64,000 nucleotides of DNA from an uncultured virus (IMG/VR IMGVR_UViG_3300025961_000410) (lineage: Duplodnaviria > Heunggongvirae > Uroviricota > Caudoviricetes): IMG/VR virus record IMGVR_UViG_3300025961_000410; one strand, 5' to 3'. Within the stretch, counting starts at the first letter, position 1. The number at the start of each line of letters is the position of its first letter. This document shows positions 29,932 to 41,618 of this stretch, in pieces. A program made the position numbers and the translations under genes. Under the pieces are notes generated by a model. The model saw only the letters and a list, made by a program, of their open reading frames with translations, had not been told where the DNA came from and did no database searches.

Positions 29932-30774
29932 TGCTGATTCCAAGGTGCATTCAAAAAACTTCTTGTCAGGTCGAACTCTCTCAAAATGTCCAGATCGAAG
30001 AGCTCCTGAGCTATGCACTTCCAACCCTTTGCATTCGACTACCGACCCAATCAGAGCTTGATAATCAACTCCTTTTGGAATGTTTTTGATAGTCGCTACT
30101 TCAACCAACTTACCATTGATCATCAGGCTAACTTTGAGATTAGGAGCTCCACTAGAGCTCGAACCAATCCCCGTTACAACATAATCTACGAACCTATGTT
30201 CTTTGCATCTAACCCACCCATCTGACTTACCATCAGATCCGGAAGGCCTATACTTCTGACCAAGTCGCTTCAGCAATAGCCCTTCCCTGCCTGCAGATTT
30301 CACTTCTTTGAAAAACTGACTAAAACCAGTCAACTCTTGTCGAACTAGCTGTAGTTGCTTAACGTCTTTCAAACCAGCTTTAAAAGCTATTTCGAGTAGC
30401 TCTCTTCTTTGTTCGTAGAAGAGATCTTTTATATCTTGACCTAGAAGCTGAACTACATCAAAAATCCACAGACGTTTAAAGCCCTGTTTTTGACTTTGTC
30501 GTACTGCCCATTCAGTGATTGCTTCTAGCTCACAGATTAGAACTGTGTTTGATAGATTGGTTTGAAGACCTTTTAGACCAGCGATACTAGAACCACTGAA
30601 AACAGCTCCAGCTCTGCTTGTAATCTTGCTAATCTTGCCGTTTAAATCAGTGGTAACTTCAGCCCAAACTCCATCATGTTTCTCTTCAGCTGCATACTTG
30701 TTGGTAGCTTCAATTTGATCCAACCCAGTTGGTTGAATCTGAGTCTTAGGGCCAAGATATGTTTTGTGTGCCAT
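29920..30774 (-). CDS. ATP-dependent DNA ligase (minimal)
   Basis: Motif I EEKHDG, CELE, WIFD, EGLLLK, WVRCK, and motif VI RSGHFERVRPDK. Confidence 0.9.
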   Translation of the reverse strand: MAHKTYLGPKTQIQPTGLDQIEATNKYAAEEKHDGVWAEVTTDLNGKISKITSRAGAVFSGSSIAGLKGLQTNLSNTVLICELEAITEWAVRQSQKQGFKRLWIFDVVQLLGQDIKDLFYEQRRELLEIAFKAGLKDVKQLQLVRQELTGFSQFFKEVKSAGREGLLLKRLGQKYRPSGSDGKSDGWVRCKEHRFVDYVVTGIGSSSSGAPNLKVSLMINGKLVEVATIKNIPKGVDYQALIGSVVECKGLEVHSSGALRSGHFERVRPDKKFFECTLESALIS

Positions 30775-30981
30775 TTTCTAGACCCAGAGCTTCCAAACCT
30801 AGTTGAAGGAATGATGAATGTGTTCCAAGATTTTGCCAAGTGTTGTCGAATTCTAGTTTTGCTAGAGCCTTGACTTTACCCTCTCGGTAAACCACCAACA
30901 CCTTGTTATTCCAGAGATCAACGAAATAATCTTTACCGAAGTTTTTGAACTTGGCCTGTAAGATGATTGTATGGTTAGCTT

Positions 30982-31032
30982 TCACTTTAGTCTTTCGAAA
31001 TGCTCTAGAAGGTTTCTGTCTTTCATCTTCAT
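30982..31032 (-). CDS. 16-aa leaderless peptide MKMKDRNLLEHFERLK
   Basis: Begins at the ATG of promoter copy 2. Its TGA overlaps a GTG (30985) in frame with ORF 30746-30985. Confidence 0.45.
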   Translation of the reverse strand: MKMKDRNLLEHFERLK

Positions 31033-31066
31033 ACAAACATCATAATAATGATTTGCTACAAATCAA
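31030..31066 (-). promoter_or_regulatory. Leaderless promoter, copy 2
   Basis: TTGATT-N16-TATGAT-GTTTGT-ATG. Confidence 0.8.
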
Positions 31067-31241
31067 GACTCAATCTGAATCTTTTTTCACTTCAATCTTT
31101 CCAGTTGTAGCGTAGACACGACAGGGTTTGTGATTATCTAACCACTTGGTAACCAGATTTCTAATCTCTTGTTGTGATCGTATACCCTCTTCATCTTCTG
31201 GCATATCAGCTGATAGTGTAGACCCACAAACGCATTTCAAG

Positions 31242-31649
31242 TCAATAGCACTCATCACTACCTATTCGATTGTAGAAGCAAAACGGTCTAGAGTTTGATA
31301 CCATAAAAGGATGTAAGTGTAGATACCTGAGATGATTTTCGAATGGTGTGTTTATCGACCTATTAACCGAAGCTAGTATTTCTTGCAAAGTGATTACAAT
31401 ACTAGGATGACCTTTTGGACAGATATGACGACCTACTCGAACATCCATTCCAGATCGACTTCTAATAGGTGCTTTTGTAGTCTTCCAAACAAAACTCTCC
31501 ACCAACTCAACTGTTAGTTCTGGTTTTATAAGAAGCTCATTATGGGCATCAATTTCAGATTGAAGAGGTTCTCTGAAAATACCCTCAATCTGATTTGAAG
31601 CTTTCACAAACTGGAATAGATTATCTTCAAACTCTTTTTTGCTAGTCAT
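31242..31649 (-). pseudogene. Fic/DOC family protein with broken active-site motif
   Basis: SNQIEG, R...VRVG and HLRYLHLHPF are present, but HPF is followed by MVSNSR instead of xDGNGR. Confidence 0.55.
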
Positions 31650-32321
31650 TGGTTCTTATCCAAAGTACGCTGCTAGTAACCATTTTGGTTCTGCTGGTTT
31701 CTCTAACTTGATCTTGAAATGTTCAAGAAACTCTTGAATCCCTTCTGACCATTGGGTTTCATCCCATTCCATTAAAGCTCTAGAAATAGGTTCAGCTTTA
31801 TCCCAGTAAACCTTCTGAACTGATTCTTTAATCACTAACATGTGGGACGGGTATTCACCAGCACCATAATAAACTACCTCAACATTGAATGGGTTTTCTG
31901 GTTGTGGATAAGAATCTAACAAAAAACCTGGTGATCCTGGAGTTTCATCGTAACGTTCCCAAGGGAGTTCAGTACCAAAGTCAATACCAAAACCAATAAT
32001 AGCTACCGCTGATTGTCCCATATCGTCCTTCTTTCTATAGCGATTCCCATATCATCTTAGCTTGTTTCGAATTATTTACTTTCGCATCAATCTTGTAGTT
32101 CCCACTAACTGAAAGCTTACCAAAAACTAATGAATTTTGTTCTGTGGCAGGCTTAAGCAAGAAAAGTCGAAAGTCTCCTTTGACTGATAGCATCGCTACT
32201 GCCCCATCCCACTCATTCACTTCTCCATCACCAGATGGGAAGATTACTTCGCCTTTGTTGATCAATTTCAACCTAAAGGCTAGTTTGTTTTTTTGAATGT
32301 AGCCTGTTGAGTATTTCAACA

Positions 32322-32636
32322 TCAATCTTCTACTAGAGTGAACCGCTTTTTTGTACCAGTTGAAGTTATTATGTCATCTTCCCAAGCATCTACCCCACTA
32401 GCAGGATGCAACTCCCTGACATTCATCTCTCCAGTTCCAAGTGAAATGTATAGTACCATTTTTGCTCTTGTATCGTGATGTGTAACTAGAGCTATCGCAC
32501 TGTAAATACCACCTTTGTAGTGTTGGTATTTACCGGGTTTGAAATCTACAATGGCTTTGCAAACAGGCCTACATTTGAACTTGCCATCTTTTATTGACAT
32601 GTCCATGTTTTCTTTTCCACAAATTGAACAGATCAT
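32322..32636 (-). CDS. DUF1653 family protein
   Basis: PGKYQHYKGGIY...A..H..T...MVLY...NVR pattern. Confidence 0.75.
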   Translation of the reverse strand: MICSICGKENMDMSIKDGKFKCRPVCKAIVDFKPGKYQHYKGGIYSAIALVTHHDTRAKMVLYISLGTGEMNVRELHPASGVDAWEDDIITSTGTKKRFTLVED

Positions 32637-33735
32637 TCAACCTCCATAACTTAAACCACTCACCCTCTTAACCTATCTGCAATATCTTTAGCATATAGAG
32701 CTAAGAACCCATTTGAAAACTGTGTAAAGCCTGGTTTGCTGTTATTAACAATCTCTTCAACCTGGCCTGGAGTAAGGTAGTCTCTCATTAGTTCATACAG
32801 AAAACTAACCAATGGATCGTTTGAATCTACACTACCAGATCGTTCACGAAGTGTGCTAGGTCGGTTTGGAGGGTGAGATTCGATGTGGTTTGGGTGATCG
32901 CAATGTGAGTGACAGAGGTAACACCACGAACTAGCAGGGCATGTTTTTGAATGTGGTAAGCTATGATTTTTAGCTTTTGGGCAGTTACAAAGCATCGTTG
33001 ACAACTTTCAGTTCATCAAACCAGAAACTGATGTTACGACTTTACCAGTGGCCATCTCTCTGCCTTCTTTGAAGCCTTCAAAATGACCTTCTAGAAAAGC
33101 ATTTCTAAGAGCTTCTTGTTGATCTGCTTCTTTAGCTCTCAGCTCTTCCCTAATTGTATCACGCTGCTTTATAACCTGTTTCAAGATACAAAACATAGCG
33201 TACGCTGGTAAAAGACTGATGAGAAAGGCTCCAATCAAGACTAGCAGAATGTAGACCATCAGAACCCTAGAAGCTCACGCTCTCTAAGAGTGAGTTTTGC
33301 TAAGGCCTCTTGCCGTTCTGCCTCTAGGGTTCTGATGGTTACAGGAGCTGGTAGTGATACTTTCTTAAGGATAACAGTCCAGTCAAAGCGTTCCAACGAT
33401 TCAGGATTAAACAGCACACCCTCTTTGGTTGGCGCATACACTTCAGCTTGGGTTGGACTAACTTCAGCATCACTTCCAAACACACCCTTGCCTTTTGCAA
33501 AAGTTTTTGCTAATTCTGATGATCGAAAAGTACCTATCAGAATTGTTGATCCTCTACCTTCATTTAAGTCTGAGTTGCTGTAAACATGGTAGACAGTCGT
33601 CTCGTAGATTGCAACCAATTCTTTAAATTTCATTTCGGTACCTTCTTAAACCAACCCCAACTTTGATCTCTAAAACAGTGCTTACAGTGTGATCCGTTGT
33701 GATACCACCTAGCTCTCATGGGTAATCTCTCCTAG

Positions 33736-33819
33736 CGGAAGGGGTGGGATTCGAACCCACGGTACGTTAGTACGACGGATTTCAAATCCGTTGCTATAGA
33801 CCAGCTCTGCCACCCTTCC
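33736..33819 (-). tRNA. tRNA-Ser (anticodon TGA)
   Basis: GGAAGGG/CCCTTCC acceptor stem, anticodon arm ACGGA-TTTGAAA-TCCGT, long variable arm, GTGGG-TTCGAAT-CCCAC T arm, G discriminator; CCA not encoded. Confidence 0.92.
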
Positions 33820-33821
33820 AG

Positions 33822-33893
33822 AGCGAATGATGGGGTTCGAACCCACAACAACCAGTTTGGAAAACTGGGACTCTACCGTTGAGCTACATTCGC
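33822..33893 (-). tRNA. tRNA-Gly (anticodon TCC)
   Basis: GCGAATG/CATTCGC acceptor stem, anticodon arm CCAGT-TTTCCAA-ACTGG, GTGGG-TTCGAAC-CCCAT T arm, U discriminator; CCA not encoded. Confidence 0.92.
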
Positions 33894-34434
33894 AGTTTAT
33901 TAGTAGGGGTTAGTCCCTACTTCAGATCGTTCTAAAAACTCTGATTCTACTTTTAAGGTGATGACGAATTCGAAGATTGCTTCGAATTGCTTTTAGACCA
34001 TTACGAAAATAGTATACCGTACCTGTGTATGATTCAAACACCGACCATTTTCTCGATCGTTTACGTTGTTGACGTCGGTTTCTGCTCATTTGATTCTTCC
34101 CTAATCTGCTTGGTATAAGCTGCAACGATCTCTTCTGCCGAACCTTTAGGTAGATTTTGATCTCTGGTTGAGGACGGTCTAAAAGAATTCACTAACGCAG
34201 CTAGAAACTCTTTTTCAGTCATTTCAACCTACCCAAATTTCTTTCCCAGGTCCAGAAGATTCTTAGTGAGTTTGCAGCTGTACTAACCAATTTCCACGAT
34301 TCGCCTTCTGGAGGGTTTGGGTCGATATCTCCACCGATATGGGTCAAGTCATCGATCATTTCGTAGGTTGTAGTAACCTCAACCCCCGTTTGAAACGTTC
34401 CGTTGAGATCTTCGTATGATGTTGTGATAACCGC

Positions 34435-34471
34435 CATACAAACATCATAATAATGATCTTGAGCTAATCAA
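34435..34471 (-). promoter_or_regulatory. Leaderless promoter, copy 3
   Basis: TTGATT-N16-TATGAT-GTTTGT-ATG; the ATG starts ORF 34219-34437; lies upstream of the tRNAs. Confidence 0.8.
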
Positions 34472-36073
34472 GTACCAAATTCAAGATTTCTTTGCTTTGC
34501 ATGTATGCTTGTGACCAGTTTCAGAACCCGTCATAGCTTTCTCCATGCAAGAACCACATTCAGTATCAACTCCAACGTTCTTGAGAATAGTTAGAACATC
34601 ATCGTTATGTTTTGCAATGACTTTATCTCTCCAAGCAAGTTGTGCTGCAATATCAGACTTGTAGTGAAGCTCATCTGTAGTCATTGCTGATACATGAGCT
34701 GAGTAGTGAGGTTCTAGATCAACTAGTCGATGTTTGGGGTACAGTTTCGAGTGTTTCAAATTCACATCCTAATGGTGGAGCAGATCATGACAAAACCTTT
34801 TCAGATTCTAGCTTTAGACCAGATGCTTCAAACAGCTCACTTAGCCGTTCTCTGCTCAAATCTGAAACTGAGACCCAACCCTCCTTTCTCTTTGGATCTT
34901 CATTCTCCCAAGCAGCTAAGCATTCGTTAGAACACCACATCATCCGCGCAATGGGAGTAGAGTTTCCAGTAGGCTCTGCACCCTTTTTACCACAGTACTC
35001 ACAGTGAGTTGCGCGTTTCATCGAATTTCGTAAAACCTTGTTACATCGACTTTGTATAACCAGCAGTAAATATCTACCAGCTTGCAGATTCGATCAGCAT
35101 GTTCATCACCAACAACCCAAGAAATGCTTCGCCAAAACTGAGAACAACTATCCTTAGTTACACGTTTGGTTGATTTCATCGTAAATCTTTCAGAGGCTGT
35201 TAAAACCTGTCGATAGTTAGGTTTGTATCTAGTTCTAAGACTAAGTATTAAGAGTGATTTTCAAACTGTTTATAGTCAGGTTATCAGTGTGTCAATTTCT
35301 CTTCAAGTTCAGCAATTACATCATTCAGCTCCCACAAACGCTGTATGTGAGATTGTAGCGTCTTAAGCGATGAACTGAGCTTTTCATCATCAGTCAGATC
35401 TCTAAAATGAAGAGAATGATCACCCGCTGCAATCTCCTCAGGAGTGTTTTCTCGACCTCTCTGAGTCTTATGAAGTCGGTAACCACCTGAAACTACAACA
35501 GCGTTCCAGTAGGTTACTTGAGCTTGTGTAAGTTGGAACTGCCGTTTAGCATATTCCAGCTGTAGCGTTATGGCTGAACTCATTTTTAATAACCCCTTTC
35601 TAGCGATTTAACAGATTCAGACCAATCCCAACCTTGGCTAAACCTAGCAAGAATCTTCTCTTCTAGTGGGTTAGTGTCAACTGTACTAGCCCCTGCTCGA
35701 AACATAATCCTTTCAATACAGAGTTTTCTTGCTTTGTCACCATCGTAAATCGCAGTGATGTAAGGATTCACCCATTCCTGAACATCTTCATACTTAGTTC
35801 CTGGAGCATGACCTTGACACGAACTCACTGTCGTAATCTTGTACTTCTCATTCAAAAGCTGAAGAGTTTTCCTAAAGTTTGGATCAGGATCAATGTTCTC
35901 AGAGTCCAAAGGTTCGTGATAACCAGGCAATGGAAGCTGTACAAATTTCTCTCGAAGAAGCTTGCTAATACCTGTTAGCATATTTCGATCGTCAGCCCAC
36001 CTAGCGTTTTTAGCGATCTCTTCTAGATTGGCAATCGCCTGTTCGTAGCCTGATTTGTAACCACTAGAAAACA

Positions 36074-36286
36074 TTACGAAGTCTTCAGCTTTGGGCATTT
36101 GCCGGTTCCTTTGCATTCGGTGCAATTGTCTGAATTGATTTCAAACTTAGTTCCCTCACATCTAGAGCAAGGTTTAAAAGGAAGTTTGCTAGTTCCGTGA
36201 CAGACGTGGCAAATTCTAAACCCATCTATGCCCAGTACGTGACCTTCACCATCACAATAGAGGCATTTGAAAAATTCAACCTCCAC
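36074..36286 (-). CDS. DnaJ-type CxxCxGxG zinc-finger protein
   Basis: CLYCDGEG, CHVCHGTS, CSRCEGT, CTECKGTG; GTG at 36286 follows GGAGG. Confidence 0.65.
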   Translation of the reverse strand: MEVEFFKCLYCDGEGHVLGIDGFRICHVCHGTSKLPFKPCSRCEGTKFEINSDNCTECKGTGKCPKLKTS

Positions 36287-37205
36287 GATTAACCTCCAGC
36301 TAGTTTCTTCTCTTGACAGAATTTCAAAGCTGTTTTGAATTGTTCGATAGTGCATCCACGTTCTGCAGACCAACTACTAAACCGGTTAATTAGGGATTGG
36401 TTTGAAGCATATGCAACACCCGAATGCTTACTAACCAAAGTCTGAGTGGGTTCGTAGCAAGTTACCGAACCCTTGCTTACATGAAACTCGATAAGTGGGA
36501 TACCACCCTCTTCGCAAGATTCTTTTGAGCTGAGTTGAGATTTCAGTTCAAGGAATGGAAATGCTTCAGCAATGACTTTCCAGTCATTGAAAACATCTTC
36601 ACAAGCGGGCCACTTTCCAATGTTAAAATCGTAGCAACCTACATTGCCATTCCAATCAATCCAACCATGGGGACCTAACATATAGCATGAAGCAATTTGG
36701 CTGGTGTTCAAGTACGAAAGATGTAGGCTATTGACCGAGTCAAATAGTGGTTGTCGGTCTTCCCATGAGATGTAACCAAACGAATCATCTTTGGGAGTCT
36801 TTAAGCCTGCTGCTTCACATAACTGCTTATGCCAAAGTTTGTCGTTTGTTGAGAAGTAGAGTCCGTCGGTTCTGATGATAATCTCAGCTGCTTGCTCAAC
36901 TGTAACGGGTTCTCCAACTACTACTAGTTGTGGCCACTTTGGCAGGTTTACGTTGTTCATATCAAATTCAGTATCAGGTTGGCCGTTCATTTGTATTTGG
37001 TGTCCAATTCGTACTCGATTTCGATAATCCAGTGTTGAAGCTCAGACCTCAGAGCTCTTAGATACTCTTCTGTAGCAGCTACATGAGCCCCAGTCTTAGC
37101 TTTGTTGATTTGACGCCTAGCATCATCTTTGGTTCGATGTGTTTCATCCTCCAGTTCCCATTCTCTGGATAGATCGGGTTGGGTTTCTTTTAGAGCTGAA
37201 TCATC

Positions 37206-37242
37206 CATACAAACATCATAATAATGATCTGCAACAAATCAA
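37206..37242 (-). promoter_or_regulatory. Leaderless promoter, copy 4
   Basis: TTGATT-N16-TATGAT-GTTTGT-ATG; the ATG starts ORF 36987-37208. Confidence 0.8.
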
Positions 37243-40200
37243 GTGATTTTACCAACAATGTTTGTAGCTGCACCAAAACTCTCCACGCCAGGTACATACA
37301 GACTTGTCAAAATTGCATACGTAGTCAAGTCGAAGCTTTTCATCAACCTCACAGATAATGACTGGTACGTCATGAGTTGATGTAGACCATTCATAAGCAA
37401 AACCATACTGACAAGTTGAGACTATTACGAATGGGTTTGCAAAAACTTTTAGCCAGGCTAGTGACCAAAGAAGGTAATTCATTAGGTTTTAGACTCTAAT
37501 CGATCTAAGATCTCTTTTGCTTCTTTGAAGGCGACTGAATGGTAACGACTTTTCAGCTGGATGACATCCGATGCATAAACGGGTGTGACCCATCTAAATG
37601 GACCCCATTGAATCACAACCATTGGTATATCGTTCGCCCCTAAGTACTCACGAATCGGTATACCAAATGTCCCACCTTTAGATACAACAAATCCAGTGAA
37701 CCTACGTCTAGTCGTTGTAGGTTGCCATTTTTCCTTAAAGCGGGAAATCATATCAACATCATGAGAGAAGACCATTTCCCATGCCTGATGATCATCTGAT
37801 TCTTCTGCAGTGTCTGCAATTTGCTCTCTCATCTCAATTGTATCTTGTTGATTGAGTCGATTAAGAGCACGTTCAGCCAACTGAATGGTTTCTGACTTCA
37901 TATCAAGACCTGATAAGAAGCAGTATTGATAGGTCCCTCACTACCTGAATGTCAAAGGTTACAGTACGATCTGAGTCTTCAAAAACAATTGAAAGTTCTT
38001 CAGTATCAACTAAGAACTTGACTGGAGGTGGGTTGGAAGAGTTGTCTGAATCACTGGTTGGAATTGCTAGAAGTGTTACTGGTTTCATCGATCCTCATCC
38101 CTTTTTGAGTTCTTTTAGTTCAGCTCTAAGCCACGTTGCAACTAGCGAAAACTTTTCTGCTGTCTCTGGGTGTTCAGGGCTACGGTTAGCTAACGAATCG
38201 GCTTTTAGCTCAATCATCTCCAGTATTGAATTAGCTACGGTAGCTCGATCTTCTTCGATGGCTTTAATAGCCGGAAGTATTGACCATTCGAATTCTGGTC
38301 CACCCAGTCTTCTAGCAAATGATTCTGCACTCTCAACTGCTGACAGTGCTGTGGGTAAAGAAGCAAGAGTTTCGATCGCTCTGTCTATATGCATGATTGG
38401 TACCATGCCCCACCTCTCACTATTTGCACTCTTCAGTATCTCTCTGGCTTCCTCTCTAGTCATTTCTTGAAGGTAATTACCTGCTAGTTTTTGTTCCATA
38501 TCTGTCTTCACTTTCTTCTTGGATTCGTCTAAAGTCCAGAGATAGCGTTTAGCATCTTCAAGCTTTTCAAATTGATGCGATGCTAGTGCTCTTCTAGAGC
38601 AGTCTGCTATTGCTTCAAGTGTGTCAAAGTCTGCTAAGGCTTGCTCAAGTCGAGAAAGCTCTTCTCCAGTTCCAAGATTCATAACCCCATGTTTACTTGT
38701 TGCAACAATCTTTAACAGATTGTACAGATCTTGACTCAGCGTAGGTTCAGCCATTGACTTCTTTCAGCGGGTTTAGAATTTTCAAAACTATGTTTCTAGC
38801 ACTTTTTGACAGGGCTTCTAGTCTAGCATCACCAGTATCAGGTTCGAGAAGTTCTAAGATTCGCTTCAATGCTAGCGGCGAGCATTTCTCTAAGAATGCT
38901 TCAAAATCTTCTATGCTAAGTCCAAGCATTACAACTGCTAGCTCAGCTCTTACGTTATCACTCTTGTCAATTCCCAAAAGAAAAAGATGGGAACCAATAC
39001 GTCGATCCACTTCTTTTTCTGCTTCAGTAAGCTCTTCCCAGGGTGTTAACCAAGACTCTTTAGGGTGGGGTTGTTCTTTTGCCCAAGCTATCCATACAGC
39101 TCGAACTTCTTTCCCTAAAAGTTCTGTAGTAGGTTTAGTCATTTGCAATCACACTTGTCGCAAAGCGGACAGACTTCTAATTCATGTGCATCACAAGGAA
39201 AGCCAACTGGACAGGTTTTGGCTCGCCGATAAGCACAGTGTGGAGAGTGGTTATTAATTGCATCACAATCGCATTCAACCATTTGACATTCGCAGAATTT
39301 TCGTCTGGATTTGATTTGGTTGATAGACGTATGAGACTTTACTAGATGTGGAGAAGAGGTTGCTGTATGATACGCATCAAAACGTACTTCAGTCAGTTCA
39401 AGTACCTCTATGTTATCCTTCATTTGGTTTCAATTCTTTGATAAATGCTTCAGTAGCTGTTTGTAGTAGTGGGCACCATTGGGGTGTATTCCAGTTTGAA
39501 TCACCTACATAAACCATTTTGGTTAGAGGGTGCGAGCAATACACCTGAAATCCACTATCACCTTGCACTGCATACTTTTCAGACTTTGAGTATTTGCATC
39601 CATTACATGAAATTTTTAAAAGAAATTTTGGTCCCTCACGAGCATCACTCATTCGGTTTTACCTTTGCAAAATTTGAAGAACATCACGTAAGTAGGTAAG
39701 TATATGCTTAGGTTCAGTACCAGCGTCTACCTCTTTATCGATGATAGCTACCACATCACAAGCTGTTTGGTTTTTTGATCTTTTCTCTGCTTGACGATAC
39801 TCTTCTAGCTGTCGTTTGATAACTACGACTCCGTCAATGAAGTCTGTTACATAGGCATCGTTGACGTTGTATTGATCATATAGGTACTGTCTCAGTTCTT
39901 GTGGAGTCATCTTATGTCCTTAACCCCCCGTCGCAATCCTTAAATCCCTCATCATAACCAGCATTATAAGCAGCCTTGTTGCCCATCCGAATGGTATTTC
40001 GAAAATTAACCCTAACAGCTTCAGCAAGAAGAGTCTTTACTGGTTTTCCTTCAGCTAGCGCTACGAGGTCGTCTGCTAGTAGGTTACGAGATTTTTCAAC
40101 TCCTTCTGATAGACTCAACCGTTCTCGTAAACGAACAATAGTCAGCTTAGCACATTCAAGAATCAATGGTGGTTGTGCACCAAAGATATGTGCCCCACAG

Positions 40201-41077
40201 AGTGATCCGTGTGCATCCAACCAATCGAAGCTTCCAGTAGTCTTTTCTCTGCCACAGTCAGGGCATAATTCTCGAGTGTCAATCATTTCTGCCTCCTAGG
40301 TGTATTTTGCTATAGTCATTTCCAAAGCTTGTTGAAAAGCTACATCAAATTCGTGTCCATCATTACATTGCATTTCCCTGGCTAAAGTCTTAGCTTCAAG
40401 CAAGGCTTTGTGCGCTGCAATCCTAATGATTTGTGGCTGTTGAGAAGCAGCAGCTTTGAATCCAGCTTCGAATCCAAGAGCTATAGCATCACCGTGTTCT
40501 GTAATCGGTACCACAGATGGAAACCGTACACGAAAAGCAATTTCCCATGGTTCCTTAGTTCTAGTCATGATCTGGAAATGGTCTCCAATGCCCAAACTGT
40601 TTTAGTCGGATCTTAGCATACCATAGCCAAGATTTCTGCTGAAACGTCAGCCTCAGTGTCAGGTTGAAAGAGTCGCTCATAGTCTCGCCTCGTGAAGCTC
40701 TAGAACTCTCTTCACCACGATATAAGTCGAATTTGTAGTTTCTGGCCAGACAGATTTGCAGTTTTTAACCAGAATTTCTGGTTCATGATCTGTACTGCCA
40801 CAGTACTTTTGGGTACCGTCTTCTCTTAAAAGATAGACAGAGTAGGTTACGTCGATCTTGGTAGTTTTGAACTGTAGCTTCTTTGCCTTGACTTTCTTCT
40901 TTGTCTCCACCATCACCCACCTAACCTAACCTTAATTTCGGTCATAATCAACTTTCAGTAGTGGCAAGTTTCTTGACTTAAACAGGTTGGAAATACTTCA
41001 AGCTATTAGTGCTAAGGGAGCTGTTTAGAACTGTTTCTAGCAGGGTTTATCGAGGAGTTTGTAGTGTTTAGATCAGG

Positions 41078-41584
41078 TTAGTTCTTGGGTAGGTCGCATC
41101 CACCATAATTAGCACATACACGATCTCTGGCATCATCGTCGATGATCGGCTTTCCTGGACCAGATGCCATCATTAGTCCAGTCGCTACATGTTCTAGTCC
41201 AAAAGCATGTCCAAGCTCATGCATAACAGTTGTACGAAAATTTTCAGAGTAGTTACCGTGGCATTTAGCTAGAACCTCTGTATCCACGACTATGTATGGA
41301 TTACCATCGTTATAATCCCATTCACCCAGATTACCGACTGCATAACCGTTGGAGATTGGTAGCCCTTGACCACCAATGCTAGGTCGAAGTGCAATCCGTC
41401 CGTTGGTAGCTAGGTTCCAAGCATCAATAGCTAAGATAACCTGCTGCTGCTCGTCAACTGTTAGATTATCACTGATTGAGATCTGCTGATCTGAGGCGAT
41501 TTTCTCGTCTGGAGCAGCGCAGCCTACTAATGTTAGTAGTGCTAATGCAATGATGGCACTGATTGGAGTTTTTAATACCTTCAT
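41078..41584 (-). CDS. Lipoprotein zinc metallopeptidase (matrixin/M10-like)
   Basis: Signal peptide with lipobox LVGC, HELGHAFGLEH (HExxHxxGxxH), Met-turn GLM. Confidence 0.85.
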   Translation of the reverse strand: MKVLKTPISAIIALALLTLVGCAAPDEKIASDQQISISDNLTVDEQQQVILAIDAWNLATNGRIALRPSIGGQGLPISNGYAVGNLGEWDYNDGNPYIVVDTEVLAKCHGNYSENFRTTVMHELGHAFGLEHVATGLMMASGPGKPIIDDDARDRVCANYGGCDLPKN

Positions 41585-41618
41585 ACAAACATCATAATAA
41601 TGATTGGCATTGTTTCAA
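41582..41618 (-). promoter_or_regulatory. Leaderless promoter, copy 5
   Basis: TTGAAA-N16-TATGAT-GTTTGT-ATG; the ATG starts the metallopeptidase gene. Confidence 0.8.

Noticed and set aside
35586..36125. TYW3-like methyltransferase call from the TVSSCQGH motif
   Set aside because: A single short motif is insufficient; left as hypothetical.
29895..41618. 22-nt repeats as a CRISPR array or att sites
   Set aside because: Copies are 1-4 kb apart, each has -35/-10 geometry and ends at an ATG; no cas or integrase gene in the window.
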